A stretch of 63,636 bases of DNA, counting the filler. It is 3 parts of 3 records of this genome, joined end to end, with 100 filler letters (N's around TTAATTAATTAA, not from the genome) between each part and the next. Parts side by side here need not be neighbours in the genome. Positions count along the whole stretch, not along the records: positions 22,670 to 53,250 come from SRR2962707_1817; 2 more parts are not named here. One strand, written 5' to 3'. Both the position numbers and the translations under genes were made by a program. Below the pieces are notes generated by a model, which was not told where the DNA came from, made no database searches, and was given only the letters and a program-made list of their open reading frames with translations. Positions within the stretch are counted from its first letter, which is position 1; every line of letters starts with the position of its first letter. This document shows positions 38,058 to 47,658 of the stretch, piece after piece.

Positions 38058-39380
38058 TTAAAAACTTACACCAAAAAACTCTTCCATCTGTTCCGCAACA
38101 AATTCAAAGTGTTCTTCATTTAGTGCAGGGAAGATACCAATCCAAAAAGTTTGGTTCATTGTTCGATCTGTGTTTGTAAGCTCACCGACAATTTTATGCT
38201 CAACCCCTTTAAAATATGGTTGGCGAGTTAGGTTACCAGCGAACAACAAACGGCTACCAATTTTGCTTTGATCCAAGTACTTCAACAGGTCCAAACGAGA
38301 AATACCAGACTCTTCTTTTACCGTTACAGGAAAACCGAACCATGATGGTGTACTGTTAGATGTAGGTTCCGCTATTTCTATAAAATCACTTAACGTTGAA
38401 AGCAAACGCGCTCTTAAATAATCGTAATTGGTATTACGCTTATCAATAAATTCTTGTGCACGATCCAGTTGAGCTAATCCACAAGCAGCCTGCATATCAG
38501 ATATTTTTAAGTTGTAGCCTAAATGCGCATAAACATATTTATGATCATAACCCTGTGGTAAAGAGCCAAATTGCTGCCCAAAGCGATTACCGCAAGTATC
38601 ATCACAACCTGGACCACAATAGCAATCACGCCCCCAATCACGAAACGATTCAGCAATCATTTTTAGTTGTGGATTATTGGTAAATACAGCGCCGCCTTCG
38701 CCCATTGTAATATGATGGGCAGGATAAAAACTAAGCGTTCCTATATCACCAAAAGTACCTACCATTTTTCCATCGTATTTAGCGCCTAACGCATCACAAC
38801 AGTCTTCAACCAACCAAAGGTTATATTTATCACATATTTCTTTTACTTTGCCGACATTAAAAGGATTACCTAATGTATGGGCAAGCATGATTGCTTTAGT
38901 CTTTGGGGTAATAGCGGTTTCAATCAACTCTACATCAATATTGTGAGTCGCCATGTCCACATCAACGAATACAGGCACAGCACCGAACTGTACTATTGGA
39001 TTTACTGTTGTTGGAAAACCTGCAGCCACACCAATGACTTCGTCACCTTTTTTAATCGCTCTCTTGCCAAGCTTAGGAGAGGTTAAAGCATTAAAAGCAA
39101 CCAAGTTCGCAGATGACCCTGAGTTAACAGAAAGAGCAAAATCTACACCTATAAATTCAGCCAATTTTTTTTCAAACTGCTCATTAAAGCGACCAGTTGT
39201 TAACCAACCATCTAGAGAAGCATCTACCATATTTTCCAATTCTGCAGAGCCTATTACTTTTCCGGAAGGTGGAATAACACTTTCACCAGCAACGAATTTT
39301 TTCGGAGCATATACTTCGGTTGCATACTCTTTGACTAGACTATTAATTTGAGCTCTTAATTCATCGGCTTTGACTGACAT
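38058..39380 (-). CDS. rfbH: CDP-4-keto-6-deoxyglucose 3-dehydrase (E1, DdhC)
   Basis: WLTTGRF, EDCCDALG, SFYPAHHITMGEGG, RDWGRDCYC...C. Confidence 0.95.
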   Translation of the reverse strand: MSVKADELRAQINSLVKEYATEVYAPKKFVAGESVIPPSGKVIGSAELENMVDASLDGWLTTGRFNEQFEKKLAEFIGVDFALSVNSGSSANLVAFNALTSPKLGKRAIKKGDEVIGVAAGFPTTVNPIVQFGAVPVFVDVDMATHNIDVELIETAITPKTKAIMLAHTLGNPFNVGKVKEICDKYNLWLVEDCCDALGAKYDGKMVGTFGDIGTLSFYPAHHITMGEGGAVFTNNPQLKMIAESFRDWGRDCYCGPGCDDTCGNRFGQQFGSLPQGYDHKYVYAHLGYNLKISDMQAACGLAQLDRAQEFIDKRNTNYDYLRARLLSTLSDFIEIAEPTSNSTPSWFGFPVTVKEESGISRLDLLKYLDQSKIGSRLLFAGNLTRQPYFKGVEHKIVGELTNTDRTMNQTFWIGIFPALNEEHFEFVAEQMEEFFGVSF

Positions 39381-39448
39381 TTTTATTCCTGCTTTTAACT
39401 TTATAAACTTTAATCTTGAATAAATTAAACTTGATTTTTTCTTTTTGG

Positions 39449-40546
39449 CTACTGGATTTTATTCATATCATCCATATAGTCATCAATTTCTTGTATGCAC
39501 ATTAAACGCATATTTTTCTTATTGAGCCATGATTTATGCCAATTTATAATTTTACTTAGCGTATGATCCAAACGCCATGTTGGTTCCCACCCTAATCTAG
39601 CTTTCGCTTTTGAAACATCTAATTTAAGAAATTTTGCTTCATGGGGCTGTGGGTTTATGTCTAACTGCCAACTTGCACTTTCCCCCCACTGCTTGACCAT
39701 GGCATTTAAAATCCATTCAACAGACTTAGCATCCTCATCTTTAGGACCAAAATTCCAGCCTTCAGTGACATTATCAAGCTTCTCATTTTCATGATTTTGA
39801 TATAACGCTTCCGCTAACACTAAGTAACCACTTAATGGCTCTAATACATGCTGCCAAGGTCTAGTCGCCAGTGGGTTACGAACAACGACCGCTTCCTCGC
39901 TTTCAAACGCTTTTAATATATCAGGGATTAGACGATCTAATGCCCAGTCTCCACCACCAATGACATTTCCTGCTCGAGCGGAAGCGAGATTCGCACTTTC
40001 TTTAGAAGAAAAAAAGGATTGCCGGTAGGCACTAGTCACTAGCTCCATACACCCCTTACTGTTGCTGTACGGGTCAAAACCGCCCATTGCCTCATCTTCC
40101 CTATATCCCCACTCCCATTCTTTATTTTCGTAACATTTATCTGTCGTCACGTTAACAATGGCCTTCAAGTTGGGACATTGTCGAGCAGCCTCTAACACAT
40201 GAACGGTACCCATCACATTTGTCGAATAGGTCTCTACTGGCTCGATATAAGACAAGCGAACAAGAGGCTGTGCTGCCATATGAATAAGAATATCAGGTCT
40301 GAATGCACACATGCTTTCCATAATCTGCTCACGATTACGAATGTCACCAATATCACTTTCCATGCCGGTCGCTACATTAGCAACATTAAACAGTGCAGGA
40401 ATTGTTGGCGGCTCTAGAGAAAAACCTTTAACTTTTGCCCCCATGGCTTGCAACCATAAACTTAACCAGCTTCCTTTAAAACCAGTATGACCCGTTAAGA
40501 AAACACGCTTACCAGACCAAAAATCAGGATTAACAATCGCTTTCAT
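39449..40546 (-). CDS. rfbG: CDP-glucose 4,6-dehydratase (DdhB)
   Basis: GHTGFKGSWL, AAQPLVR.SY, TTDKCY, PYSNSK, RPWQHVLEPL. Confidence 0.95.
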   Translation of the reverse strand: MKAIVNPDFWSGKRVFLTGHTGFKGSWLSLWLQAMGAKVKGFSLEPPTIPALFNVANVATGMESDIGDIRNREQIMESMCAFRPDILIHMAAQPLVRLSYIEPVETYSTNVMGTVHVLEAARQCPNLKAIVNVTTDKCYENKEWEWGYREDEAMGGFDPYSNSKGCMELVTSAYRQSFFSSKESANLASARAGNVIGGGDWALDRLIPDILKAFESEEAVVVRNPLATRPWQHVLEPLSGYLVLAEALYQNHENEKLDNVTEGWNFGPKDEDAKSVEWILNAMVKQWGESASWQLDINPQPHEAKFLKLDVSKAKARLGWEPTWRLDHTLSKIINWHKSWLNKKNMRLMCIQEIDDYMDDMNKIQ

Positions 40547-40552
40547 CTTAGA

Positions 40553-41326
40553 TTAGTCCCATTTTTTCCAAGGTGCTTTACCAGATTCCCATAGTTCTTC
40601 TAGATAGTGTTTATCTCTAAGCGTATCCATAGGCTGCCAGAAGCCTCTATGTTCAAAAGCCATTAACTCACCTTTTTCTGCTAAGGTCATTAATGGCTTT
40701 TGCTCCCATGTTGAATTATCACCATCGATTAGCTCTAACACTTTAGGAGATAGAACAAAGAACCCGCCATTTATCATGGCGCCATCGCCTTTTGGCTTTT
40801 CTTTAAAGCTACGAACAAGCCCCTCTTTCATATCCAAAGCACCAAAACGACCTGGAGGGTAAGTAGCCGTTAACGTTGCTTGTTTACCATGAGACTTATG
40901 AAACCGAATAGTCTCCGCTATATCCACATCTGAAACACCATCACCGTACGTAAAACAAAATGCTTCCTCATCTTTGATGTGCTCAGCAACTCGGCGCAGA
41001 CGGCCACCTGTCATTGAACTTTCACCTGTGTCAACCAAAGTTACTGTCCAAGGCTCAGCACGCTTATGATGCACCGTCATCTCGTTGTCTTTCATATTGA
41101 AAGTCACATCAGACATATGTAAAAAATAATTAGCAAAGTATTCTTTTATTACGTAGCCTTTATATCCACAACACACAACAAAATCTGTAATACCAGAATG
41201 TGAATACATTTTCATGATATGCCATAAAATCGGCATACCGCCTACCTCTACCATTGGTTTTGGTCGAAGGCTTGTCTCTTCACTTAGTCTTGTGCCAAGA
41301 CCACCTGCTAAAATAACTGCTTTCAC
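40553..41326 (-). CDS. rfbF: Glucose-1-phosphate cytidylyltransferase (DdhA)
   Basis: [34 protein letters not shown]. Confidence 0.95.
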   Translation of the reverse strand: MKAVILAGGLGTRLSEETSLRPKPMVEVGGMPILWHIMKMYSHSGITDFVVCCGYKGYVIKEYFANYFLHMSDVTFNMKDNEMTVHHKRAEPWTVTLVDTGESSMTGGRLRRVAEHIKDEEAFCFTYGDGVSDVDIAETIRFHKSHGKQATLTATYPPGRFGALDMKEGLVRSFKEKPKGDGAMINGGFFVLSPKVLELIDGDNSTWEQKPLMTLAEKGELMAFEHRGFWQPMDTLRDKHYLEELWESGKAPWKKWD

Positions 41327-41344
41327 GAAAACCTCTTTAAATAC

Positions 41345-42319
41345 TTAGGATGCAACAAAGGCATCAGAGTAGAAACTATCTTTATTTAGACCTGCACCTA
41401 TTAATGAACTCTTTGCTGCCTCAATCATTTCAATAGAACCACATGCATATACCTCTGCATCACTTAGGCTTATTCCATCTTCAAGTACGCAGTCTTGAAC
41501 ATAACCAATACGACCAGTCCACCCTATATCAGACCTCGAAAGGCAAAGCTCAGCATTCAAAGTCTCAATATTATCAGCCCACCCCAAAAGCTGCTGTTTG
41601 TCATAAAAAAGATCGGAAGATCTGTTTCCCCAATAAACATAAATTGGGCGACTAAACTGCTTTTTCTGAATCAAATCGCCTAGCATAGACTTTACTGGTG
41701 CATATCCAGTACCAGTTGCGATAAAAATTATCGGACCAGTTTTTTTATTTCGTAAAAAGAATGTTCCTTTTGGCCCTTCTAGTTGCAGTAATTGATTCTC
41801 AGCAATTGGCGCGAAAAGTTTTTCACTCATTTCACCTCTTTCAACTCGCTTAAAATGCAACTCAATTGTATTTTCTTCGTTAGGAATAGAGGCCAAGGAA
41901 TAACTTCTCGTTATTCCTTGGTACTTTAGATCTATATACTGTCCTGGTAAAAAAGAAAACTTGCTTTTCGGAGGATAGCGCAATTTTAAAACCATAATAT
42001 TTTCTGTGTTTAACAAAACCTGATTTACCTTTGCAGGAAAGGTAATACACTTAATAGCGTCTAGCTCAGGAAAATATTCTGCTTTTAGACTCATATCAGA
42101 AGTCGGCTTATATTGACACGTAAGGACTACACTCAGCTCAGATGGACCATCTCCAGAAACAATTTGAGCTTCACAAACTCCACATGTTCCCGTTTTGCAA
42201 CTGTGTTCTAATGCGATTCCAGCAGATAGTGCCGACTCTAATATAGTTGTTTCAGAATCACCTTCAAAAACAACTCCTGAAGGAAGTAAAGTGACAGTAT
42301 TCTTTTTTACTTCATTCAT
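41345..42319 (-). CDS. rfbI: CDP-6-deoxy-delta-3,4-glucoseen reductase (E3, DdhD/AscD)
   Basis: 2Fe-2S motif SCKTGTCGVC, RSYS, ATGTGYAP, YACGS; ATG at 42319 overlaps the manB stop. Confidence 0.9.
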   Translation of the reverse strand: MNEVKKNTVTLLPSGVVFEGDSETTILESALSAGIALEHSCKTGTCGVCEAQIVSGDGPSELSVVLTCQYKPTSDMSLKAEYFPELDAIKCITFPAKVNQVLLNTENIMVLKLRYPPKSKFSFLPGQYIDLKYQGITRSYSLASIPNEENTIELHFKRVERGEMSEKLFAPIAENQLLQLEGPKGTFFLRNKKTGPIIFIATGTGYAPVKSMLGDLIQKKQFSRPIYVYWGNRSSDLFYDKQQLLGWADNIETLNAELCLSRSDIGWTGRIGYVQDCVLEDGISLSDAEVYACGSIEMIEAAKSSLIGAGLNKDSFYSDAFVAS

Positions 42320-43841
42320 TACAACCACCATTTATTGTTTCAAATACAAAACAATCTATCAGCTTTAAAACATGTGCGACCAGCAACATTACATTATGCT
42401 GATCACTACTCTCAACATAACACCTCAACTCAGGTGCATTACCAGACGGTCTTAAATGAACAATATCTCCATTACTTAAAGTCATTCGTAATCCATCAGT
42501 TTCATCAATAGAAACAACTTCTAATGTATCACCTTGTTCAGCAATGCTTTCTAGCAGTTCAGCTTGCTTTGCTTTACTGGCTTTTAGATCTGCAATAAGC
42601 TGTTTGCTACTTTCTGTTGGGATGTCTTTTATTCGATCGCTGGCGGTAAAGCGCGGTGCGAATTCCGACATAAGCTGGCTAATGGCTCTTTGCTGTTGAT
42701 GCGACATAGCAAGCACTATCAAGATAGCTAAAACAGAGTCACGTGTTGGTAAAGCATGCAAGGTTTGCTTGTTTATTTGCATATCAGAACCCACTAAGAA
42801 ACCGCCATTGGCTTCGTAGCCAACAATACTAAAAGACTCTAAACCTGCACTTAGAGCGCTTTTTTCTAGTTGCTCCATACCGGCGATAACATAAGGCGAG
42901 CCTATTTTAGTGCGCAAGCTGATTCTGGCTGGAGTTTGTTTTTTGCCTTCAAGCTCCAGTACGGTATTCACATTGACCGGTGCGGCCACATGGGTGGCAT
43001 TGAGGTAATTCGCACACAAGACGCCAAGAATATCACCTCGCAGCCAATGACCTTTTTCATCGCTGATAAGCGGGCGATCGCCATCACCATCAGTTGAGAC
43101 AATTGCGTCTAAATTGTATTGCTTCGACCAATCCAGTCCTTTTTGCTTGTCTTCTTCAGAGACGGCTTCGGTATCGATCGGTACAAAAGTCTCGGTGTGT
43201 TCAAGTGAAACGACTTCTGCACCAAATTGAGCTAATAGCACTTTGATCACATCACGAGCGACGCTGGAATGCTCATACACGCCAATACGTTTACCTTTCA
43301 GCATGTCTGTAGGAAACAAAGCCGTATAACGTGTTTTAAATAACTCAATGGCCGTGTTGCTTATCACTGGTAATACGGCTTGTTTAACTCGTTCTGATAA
43401 GCCTAGAGGAATAGAAACGACTCCATTCATTATACTGGCTTCATCGGCTTTACTGATTTCGCCGTCAGGGCGGTAAAACTTAATGCCATTACGATCAAAA
43501 GGAATATGGCTCCCCGTGATCATCACGGCTGGCATGTTATTTTGCATAGCATAAAACGCCAACGCAGGCGTTGGTAAAGCGCCACAATAAATAGCGTCTA
43601 CGCCGCTGGCTTCAATCGCCGCTAAACAAGCTTTAGCAATATCTGGGCTACTTGGGCGCAGGTCGATTCCCACTGCGACTCTATTGGAGTGGAGGCACAC
43701 TTCTTGAAGGAAGGATCGAACAAAAGCGAAGCAAAGCTCAGGCGTCAAATCTTTAACAAGACCTCTAACTCCACTGGTGCCAAACGCAACACCTAGCTCG
43801 TTGCTCAATGTTTTAACTTGTATTTTGTTAGCATCTGACAT
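42312..43841 (-). CDS. manB: Phosphomannomutase
   Basis: FGTSGVRG, ITGSHIP, DGDGDR, GYEANGG, HLRPSGNAPELRCY. Confidence 0.92.
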   Translation of the reverse strand: MSDANKIQVKTLSNELGVAFGTSGVRGLVKDLTPELCFAFVRSFLQEVCLHSNRVAVGIDLRPSSPDIAKACLAAIEASGVDAIYCGALPTPALAFYAMQNNMPAVMITGSHIPFDRNGIKFYRPDGEISKADEASIMNGVVSIPLGLSERVKQAVLPVISNTAIELFKTRYTALFPTDMLKGKRIGVYEHSSVARDVIKVLLAQFGAEVVSLEHTETFVPIDTEAVSEEDKQKGLDWSKQYNLDAIVSTDGDGDRPLISDEKGHWLRGDILGVLCANYLNATHVAAPVNVNTVLELEGKKQTPARISLRTKIGSPYVIAGMEQLEKSALSAGLESFSIVGYEANGGFLVGSDMQINKQTLHALPTRDSVLAILIVLAMSHQQQRAISQLMSEFAPRFTASDRIKDIPTESSKQLIADLKASKAKQAELLESIAEQGDTLEVVSIDETDGLRMTLSNGDIVHLRPSGNAPELRCYVESSDQHNVMLLVAHVLKLIDCFVFETINGGCNE

Positions 43842-45244
43842 TATTGTGAGCGCCCGTATCTATCACTAAAACGCACTATGTCGTCTTCACCTAGGTAACT
43901 ACCGGATTGAACTTCGACCAATTCAAGAGGGATCTTCCCTGGGTTCTCTAACGCATGTACAACACCGACTGGAATGTAAGTGGATTCGTTTTCCGTCAGC
44001 AGTATCTCTTCATCGCCGTTTTGTACTTTTGCCGTACCAGATACTACGACCCAATGCTCTGCTCTGTGATGATGCATTTGCACGCTGAGTTTTTCACCGG
44101 GTTTTACCATGATGCGTTTCACTTGATGGCGTTCGCCCAGATCAACCGTTTGGTAGCTTCCCCAAGGGCGATGTACTGTAGTGTGAAACATGTGCTCTTC
44201 ACGCTCTTCGGCTTTTAGACGCTTTACGATTTTCTTCACGTCTTGAGCGTTATTTTTGTCCATCACCAATACCGCATCGGCGGTTTCTACAATGACAAGA
44301 TTATTCACCCCAACAGCCGCGACTAAGCGAGACTCTGCTCGCACTAGGCAGTTGTTTGCGTTTTCTGCCATCACATCACCCAGCAGCACGTTTTGCTCGG
44401 CGTCTTTCTCGGCATAATCATATAAGGCATCCCAAGCACCTATATCACTCCAATCACCCGCGTAAGGCACGACTTTGGCGTTTTGGGTGGGTTCCATAAC
44501 GGCATAATCGATGGAGTCTTCTGGGCAAGCAGCAAAAGCTTCTGGGTCAATACGCACAAAGTCCATATCTTCAGTACGCCCTTGGTAAGCCAGAATAACC
44601 GCTTCAGAGATATCTGCTCGGTGGCACGCCAACTCAGACAAATAAGTTTTGGCTTTAAATAAGAACATACCGCTGTTCCAGAGGTAATCTCCAGAATCTA
44701 GGTAAGATTGTGCGGTTTCTAGGTTTGGCTTTTCGACAAATTCGGCGACTGCAAAATCGTCACCAGCACGGATATAACCATAGCCGGTTTCAGGACGAGT
44801 CGGTTGCACACCGAAAGTCACCAAGGCATCTAACGCGGCCAATTCAGCGGCTTGCTGTATGGCTTTTTCGAAGGCTGTAACATCACGAATAACATGATCA
44901 GCCGGTAGTACTAATAAAAGCGCATTTTCTAGATTTTTATGTTCTGCTTCTAATGCAGCTAGAGCAATGGCCGGGGCCGTGTTACGACCTTTTGGTTCCA
45001 ATACTATGCTCGCGCCTGTCACACCAATTTCTTGTAATTGCTGGGCTATCAAAAAACGGTGGTCTTCGTTACAGACAACAATCGGAGCACTTACATCTAG
45101 GGCTTTGGTTCTGTTAGCTGTTTGTTGTAAGAGACTGTATTGCTCATCGGTAAGTGGCAGACATTGCTTAGGGAAGTGTTCACGAGACAAGGGCCATAAG
45201 CGACTGCCCACGCCTCCCGATAAAATAACAGGAATAATTTTCAC
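43841..45244 (-). CDS. manC: Mannose-1-phosphate guanylyltransferase / mannose-6-phosphate isomerase
   Basis: LSGGVGSRLWPLSR, PETGYGYI, WNSGMF and a C-terminal cupin (HHRAEHWVVV). Confidence 0.95.
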   Translation of the reverse strand: MKIIPVILSGGVGSRLWPLSREHFPKQCLPLTDEQYSLLQQTANRTKALDVSAPIVVCNEDHRFLIAQQLQEIGVTGASIVLEPKGRNTAPAIALAALEAEHKNLENALLLVLPADHVIRDVTAFEKAIQQAAELAALDALVTFGVQPTRPETGYGYIRAGDDFAVAEFVEKPNLETAQSYLDSGDYLWNSGMFLFKAKTYLSELACHRADISEAVILAYQGRTEDMDFVRIDPEAFAACPEDSIDYAVMEPTQNAKVVPYAGDWSDIGAWDALYDYAEKDAEQNVLLGDVMAENANNCLVRAESRLVAAVGVNNLVIVETADAVLVMDKNNAQDVKKIVKRLKAEEREEHMFHTTVHRPWGSYQTVDLGERHQVKRIMVKPGEKLSVQMHHHRAEHWVVVSGTAKVQNGDEEILLTENESTYIPVGVVHALENPGKIPLELVEVQSGSYLGEDDIVRFSDRYGRSQ

Positions 45245-45311
45245 TCAAGACCTTCTTTTACGTTATCTAGTTCGACAATAGACACAAGATTCGCTTTTAA
45301 TGCTAGGCGTT

Positions 45312-45653
45312 TCATTGTGTCGATTCAGCCATGTTGTTCGCAACCTCTTCGCGGAGGGATTCAATTTCTAATGTAAGTTCTTCGTGCTCTTTGAGCTTTC
45401 TTTGTAAAAACTGGTGGGTTAACAATGCCCTGTCTTCTATTCCTTTAGGTGTTAGTAGGTACAGATACTTAGCTTTGTCATCGCTTCTTTTAAAGTTGCC
45501 AGCCTTAACTAAGCCTTTTTCTATCAAAGCTTTTAAGCAAAAGTTCACTCTCCCCAAGCTAATATCTAAGTGTCGCGCTAACTCACGCTGGCTTAGGTCT
45601 GGGTTTTGCTGGAGAGCTTTTAAAATTTTATAGCGATATTCGTCTGTTAACAT
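45312..45653 (-). CDS. MarR-family EPS-associated transcriptional regulator
   Basis: NPDLSQRELA..L.ISLGRVNFCLKAL.EKGLVK...YLYLLTPKG; first gene of the polysaccharide operon. Confidence 0.88.
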   Translation of the reverse strand: MLTDEYRYKILKALQQNPDLSQRELARHLDISLGRVNFCLKALIEKGLVKAGNFKRSDDKAKYLYLLTPKGIEDRALLTHQFLQRKLKEHEELTLEIESLREEVANNMAESTQ

Positions 45654-45934
45654 AAGTGCGCTAAGGTCATTAAATTAATAATAAAAACGAAAGGAAGGCG
45701 AGAGTCAGCTTATTCCTGAGCAGAGGTATCATTTCACTTACATCCTTTTACATACTGAATAACTGTACCGTTCAATGAGTGAACGATAATAAAACAACCG
45801 CGTGAATGTTGCAAATATTGTGATCGCTTAATCATGAAAAATTCATATCATTTGGGAAGAAGGGGTTAGGTAGCTAGGGATTTCAGTTGCAGGATAGGGA
45901 AACCTAAAAAGAGTGGCCAGCCCACAAAACCTAG

Positions 45935-47110
45935 GGATACTACGAACAAGTCAGATAATTCTGGCCTGACTTGTTCCGCTAGACGGCAATTCGTCAACTG
46001 TACCAATTAGGCGCAGTTTTCCGCCATTACGCTGCTCTAAGCAGCTAAAAATCCGTTATTTAGACGGATTAACCCCGTGCAGATCGCATCATCTGATCTA
46101 CTCGTAACAAATTTCCCAGCGCAAACAACACGGCGAGTTTATTGTCATTTTTAGACAGACCTTTGTAGACGACTTTGCGAAAACCAAACTGACATTTCAA
46201 TATTCTAAACGGGTGCTCGACTTTCGCCCTGATACTCGCCTTTAAGTATTCCGTTCGGATCAGCTGCTTATTTATGCGAGGGTGCTTCTTCCAAGCGCGT
46301 ATCTTGCTAGGCATCTCTGCGACTAACCAATCAATTTTCTTATCCTTGGTCTTTATGCGCTTTTCTACGCCACGGTAGCCAGAGTCCGCTGATACAAATG
46401 ATTCATTACCATGAAGAAGTTCCGTCAACAGGTTTAAATCGTGATCATTGGCAGGCGTCGTGGTGAAGCTGTGCACTAACCCACGCTTTGCATCAACACC
46501 AATGTGAGCTTTCATGCCAAAGAACCACTGCTTCCCTTTTTGCGTTTGGTGCATTTCGAGATCACGAGAATTGGGTTTATTTTTAGTGGAGCTTGCTGCC
46601 TCAATGATCGTTGCATCCACAATCGTCCCTTCTTTAAAGTAAATACCGGAGTCAGACAGCCATTTGTTTACTTCTTTGAAGAGTTTACGACCCAGTTTGT
46701 GCTTCTCAAGCAGGTGACGGAAATTCATTATGGTCGTGTGGTCTGGAATCGCACCTTCTAATGATAAGCCAGCAAACAGCCGCATTGAGGTAATCTCGTA
46801 AAGGGCATCTTCCATTGCTGGATCACTCATGTTGTACCAGTTTTGCATAAAGTGAATGCGCAGCATGGTAGCGAGAGGATATGGACGCCGCCCATTGCCA
46901 GCTTTTGGGTAGAACGGTTCAATTTGAGCTTCAAGCTGTTTCCATGGAATCAGCTCATTCATCCGACTAAGGAAAAGCTCTTTGCGGGTTTTACGGCGTT
47001 TGCTTGTGAATTCGGTATCGGCGAAGGAAAGCTGGTTCATAGTCGGCAGGAATCATGGTCAAATTAAGTTGGCAATATTGTCTCATGTTGCCGACTTATT
47101 CGCATGTTCC
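45935..47110 (-). mobile_element. IS5-family insertion sequence, 1176 bp, apparently intact
   Basis: Imperfect terminal inverted repeats GGATACTACGAACAAGTC and GGAACATGCGAATAAGTC; 4-bp CTAG target duplication at 45931-45934 and 47111-47114. Confidence 0.92.
46069..47040 (-). CDS. IS5-family transposase (InsH-like)
   Basis: [61 protein letters not shown] residues present. Confidence 0.95.
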   Translation of the reverse strand: MNQLSFADTEFTSKRRKTRKELFLSRMNELIPWKQLEAQIEPFYPKAGNGRRPYPLATMLRIHFMQNWYNMSDPAMEDALYEITSMRLFAGLSLEGAIPDHTTIMNFRHLLEKHKLGRKLFKEVNKWLSDSGIYFKEGTIVDATIIEAASSTKNKPNSRDLEMHQTQKGKQWFFGMKAHIGVDAKRGLVHSFTTTPANDHDLNLLTELLHGNESFVSADSGYRGVEKRIKTKDKKIDWLVAEMPSKIRAWKKHPRINKQLIRTEYLKASIRAKVEHPFRILKCQFGFRKVVYKGLSKNDNKLAVLFALGNLLRVDQMMRSARG

Positions 47111-47619
47111 CTAGCGGGTCTCTGACAAAAGCGAACTTGAAGTATCGCTTAAACTTTTGTACCTCTGATTTTCAGTATACCAGTCAAGAAATGCGATGCC
47201 TGCTTCCCGCAACTTATTCCCTAGAGCCTGAGGAAGAGAAGTTCCAGCGACTTTCGAGATATGAATAAAAATGCATTTATTCTTATCTTGATATCTCCGA
47301 TAAGGAAATCAGCTCCTTTTTAAATAGCGCCTGAATGTGGACCTAACTATCTTTATTATAAAGTATTTCATAAGAAAGCATTAACCATTAAAATTAAAAA
47401 CATGTCCAAGTCGATTGCAATGCCGCCTGTTTTTCAATGAAGCAAAATAGCATTTAAACAATAATACCTTCTTTAATACTTTGATTTTACCTTTCTTTAT
47501 AATAACTAAGAATCTTATAGATATTTATGGCTGAAAAGTATTAATAATGTAAAACAAAAAAGAGAACATTTTATAAACACATTAAAGCCATAACTTGAGA
47601 AGCGCTACTGGTAGAAGAC

Positions 47620-47649
47620 CCATTGCAACCACTCAAGTGATTACAATGG
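47620..47649 (-). terminator. Hairpin just after cysNC; probable terminator
   Basis: Minus strand CCATTGTAATCAC-TTGA-GTGGTTGCAATGG, a 13-bp stem with two G-U pairs; U-tract weak. Confidence 0.55.
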
Positions 47650-47658
47650 ACTTACAAA

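Noticed and set aside
47115-47658. AT-rich gap after IS5 as a possible second IS remnant or ops/JUMPstart site
   Set aside because: No paired terminal repeats, no ORF and no GGCGGTAG ops match.
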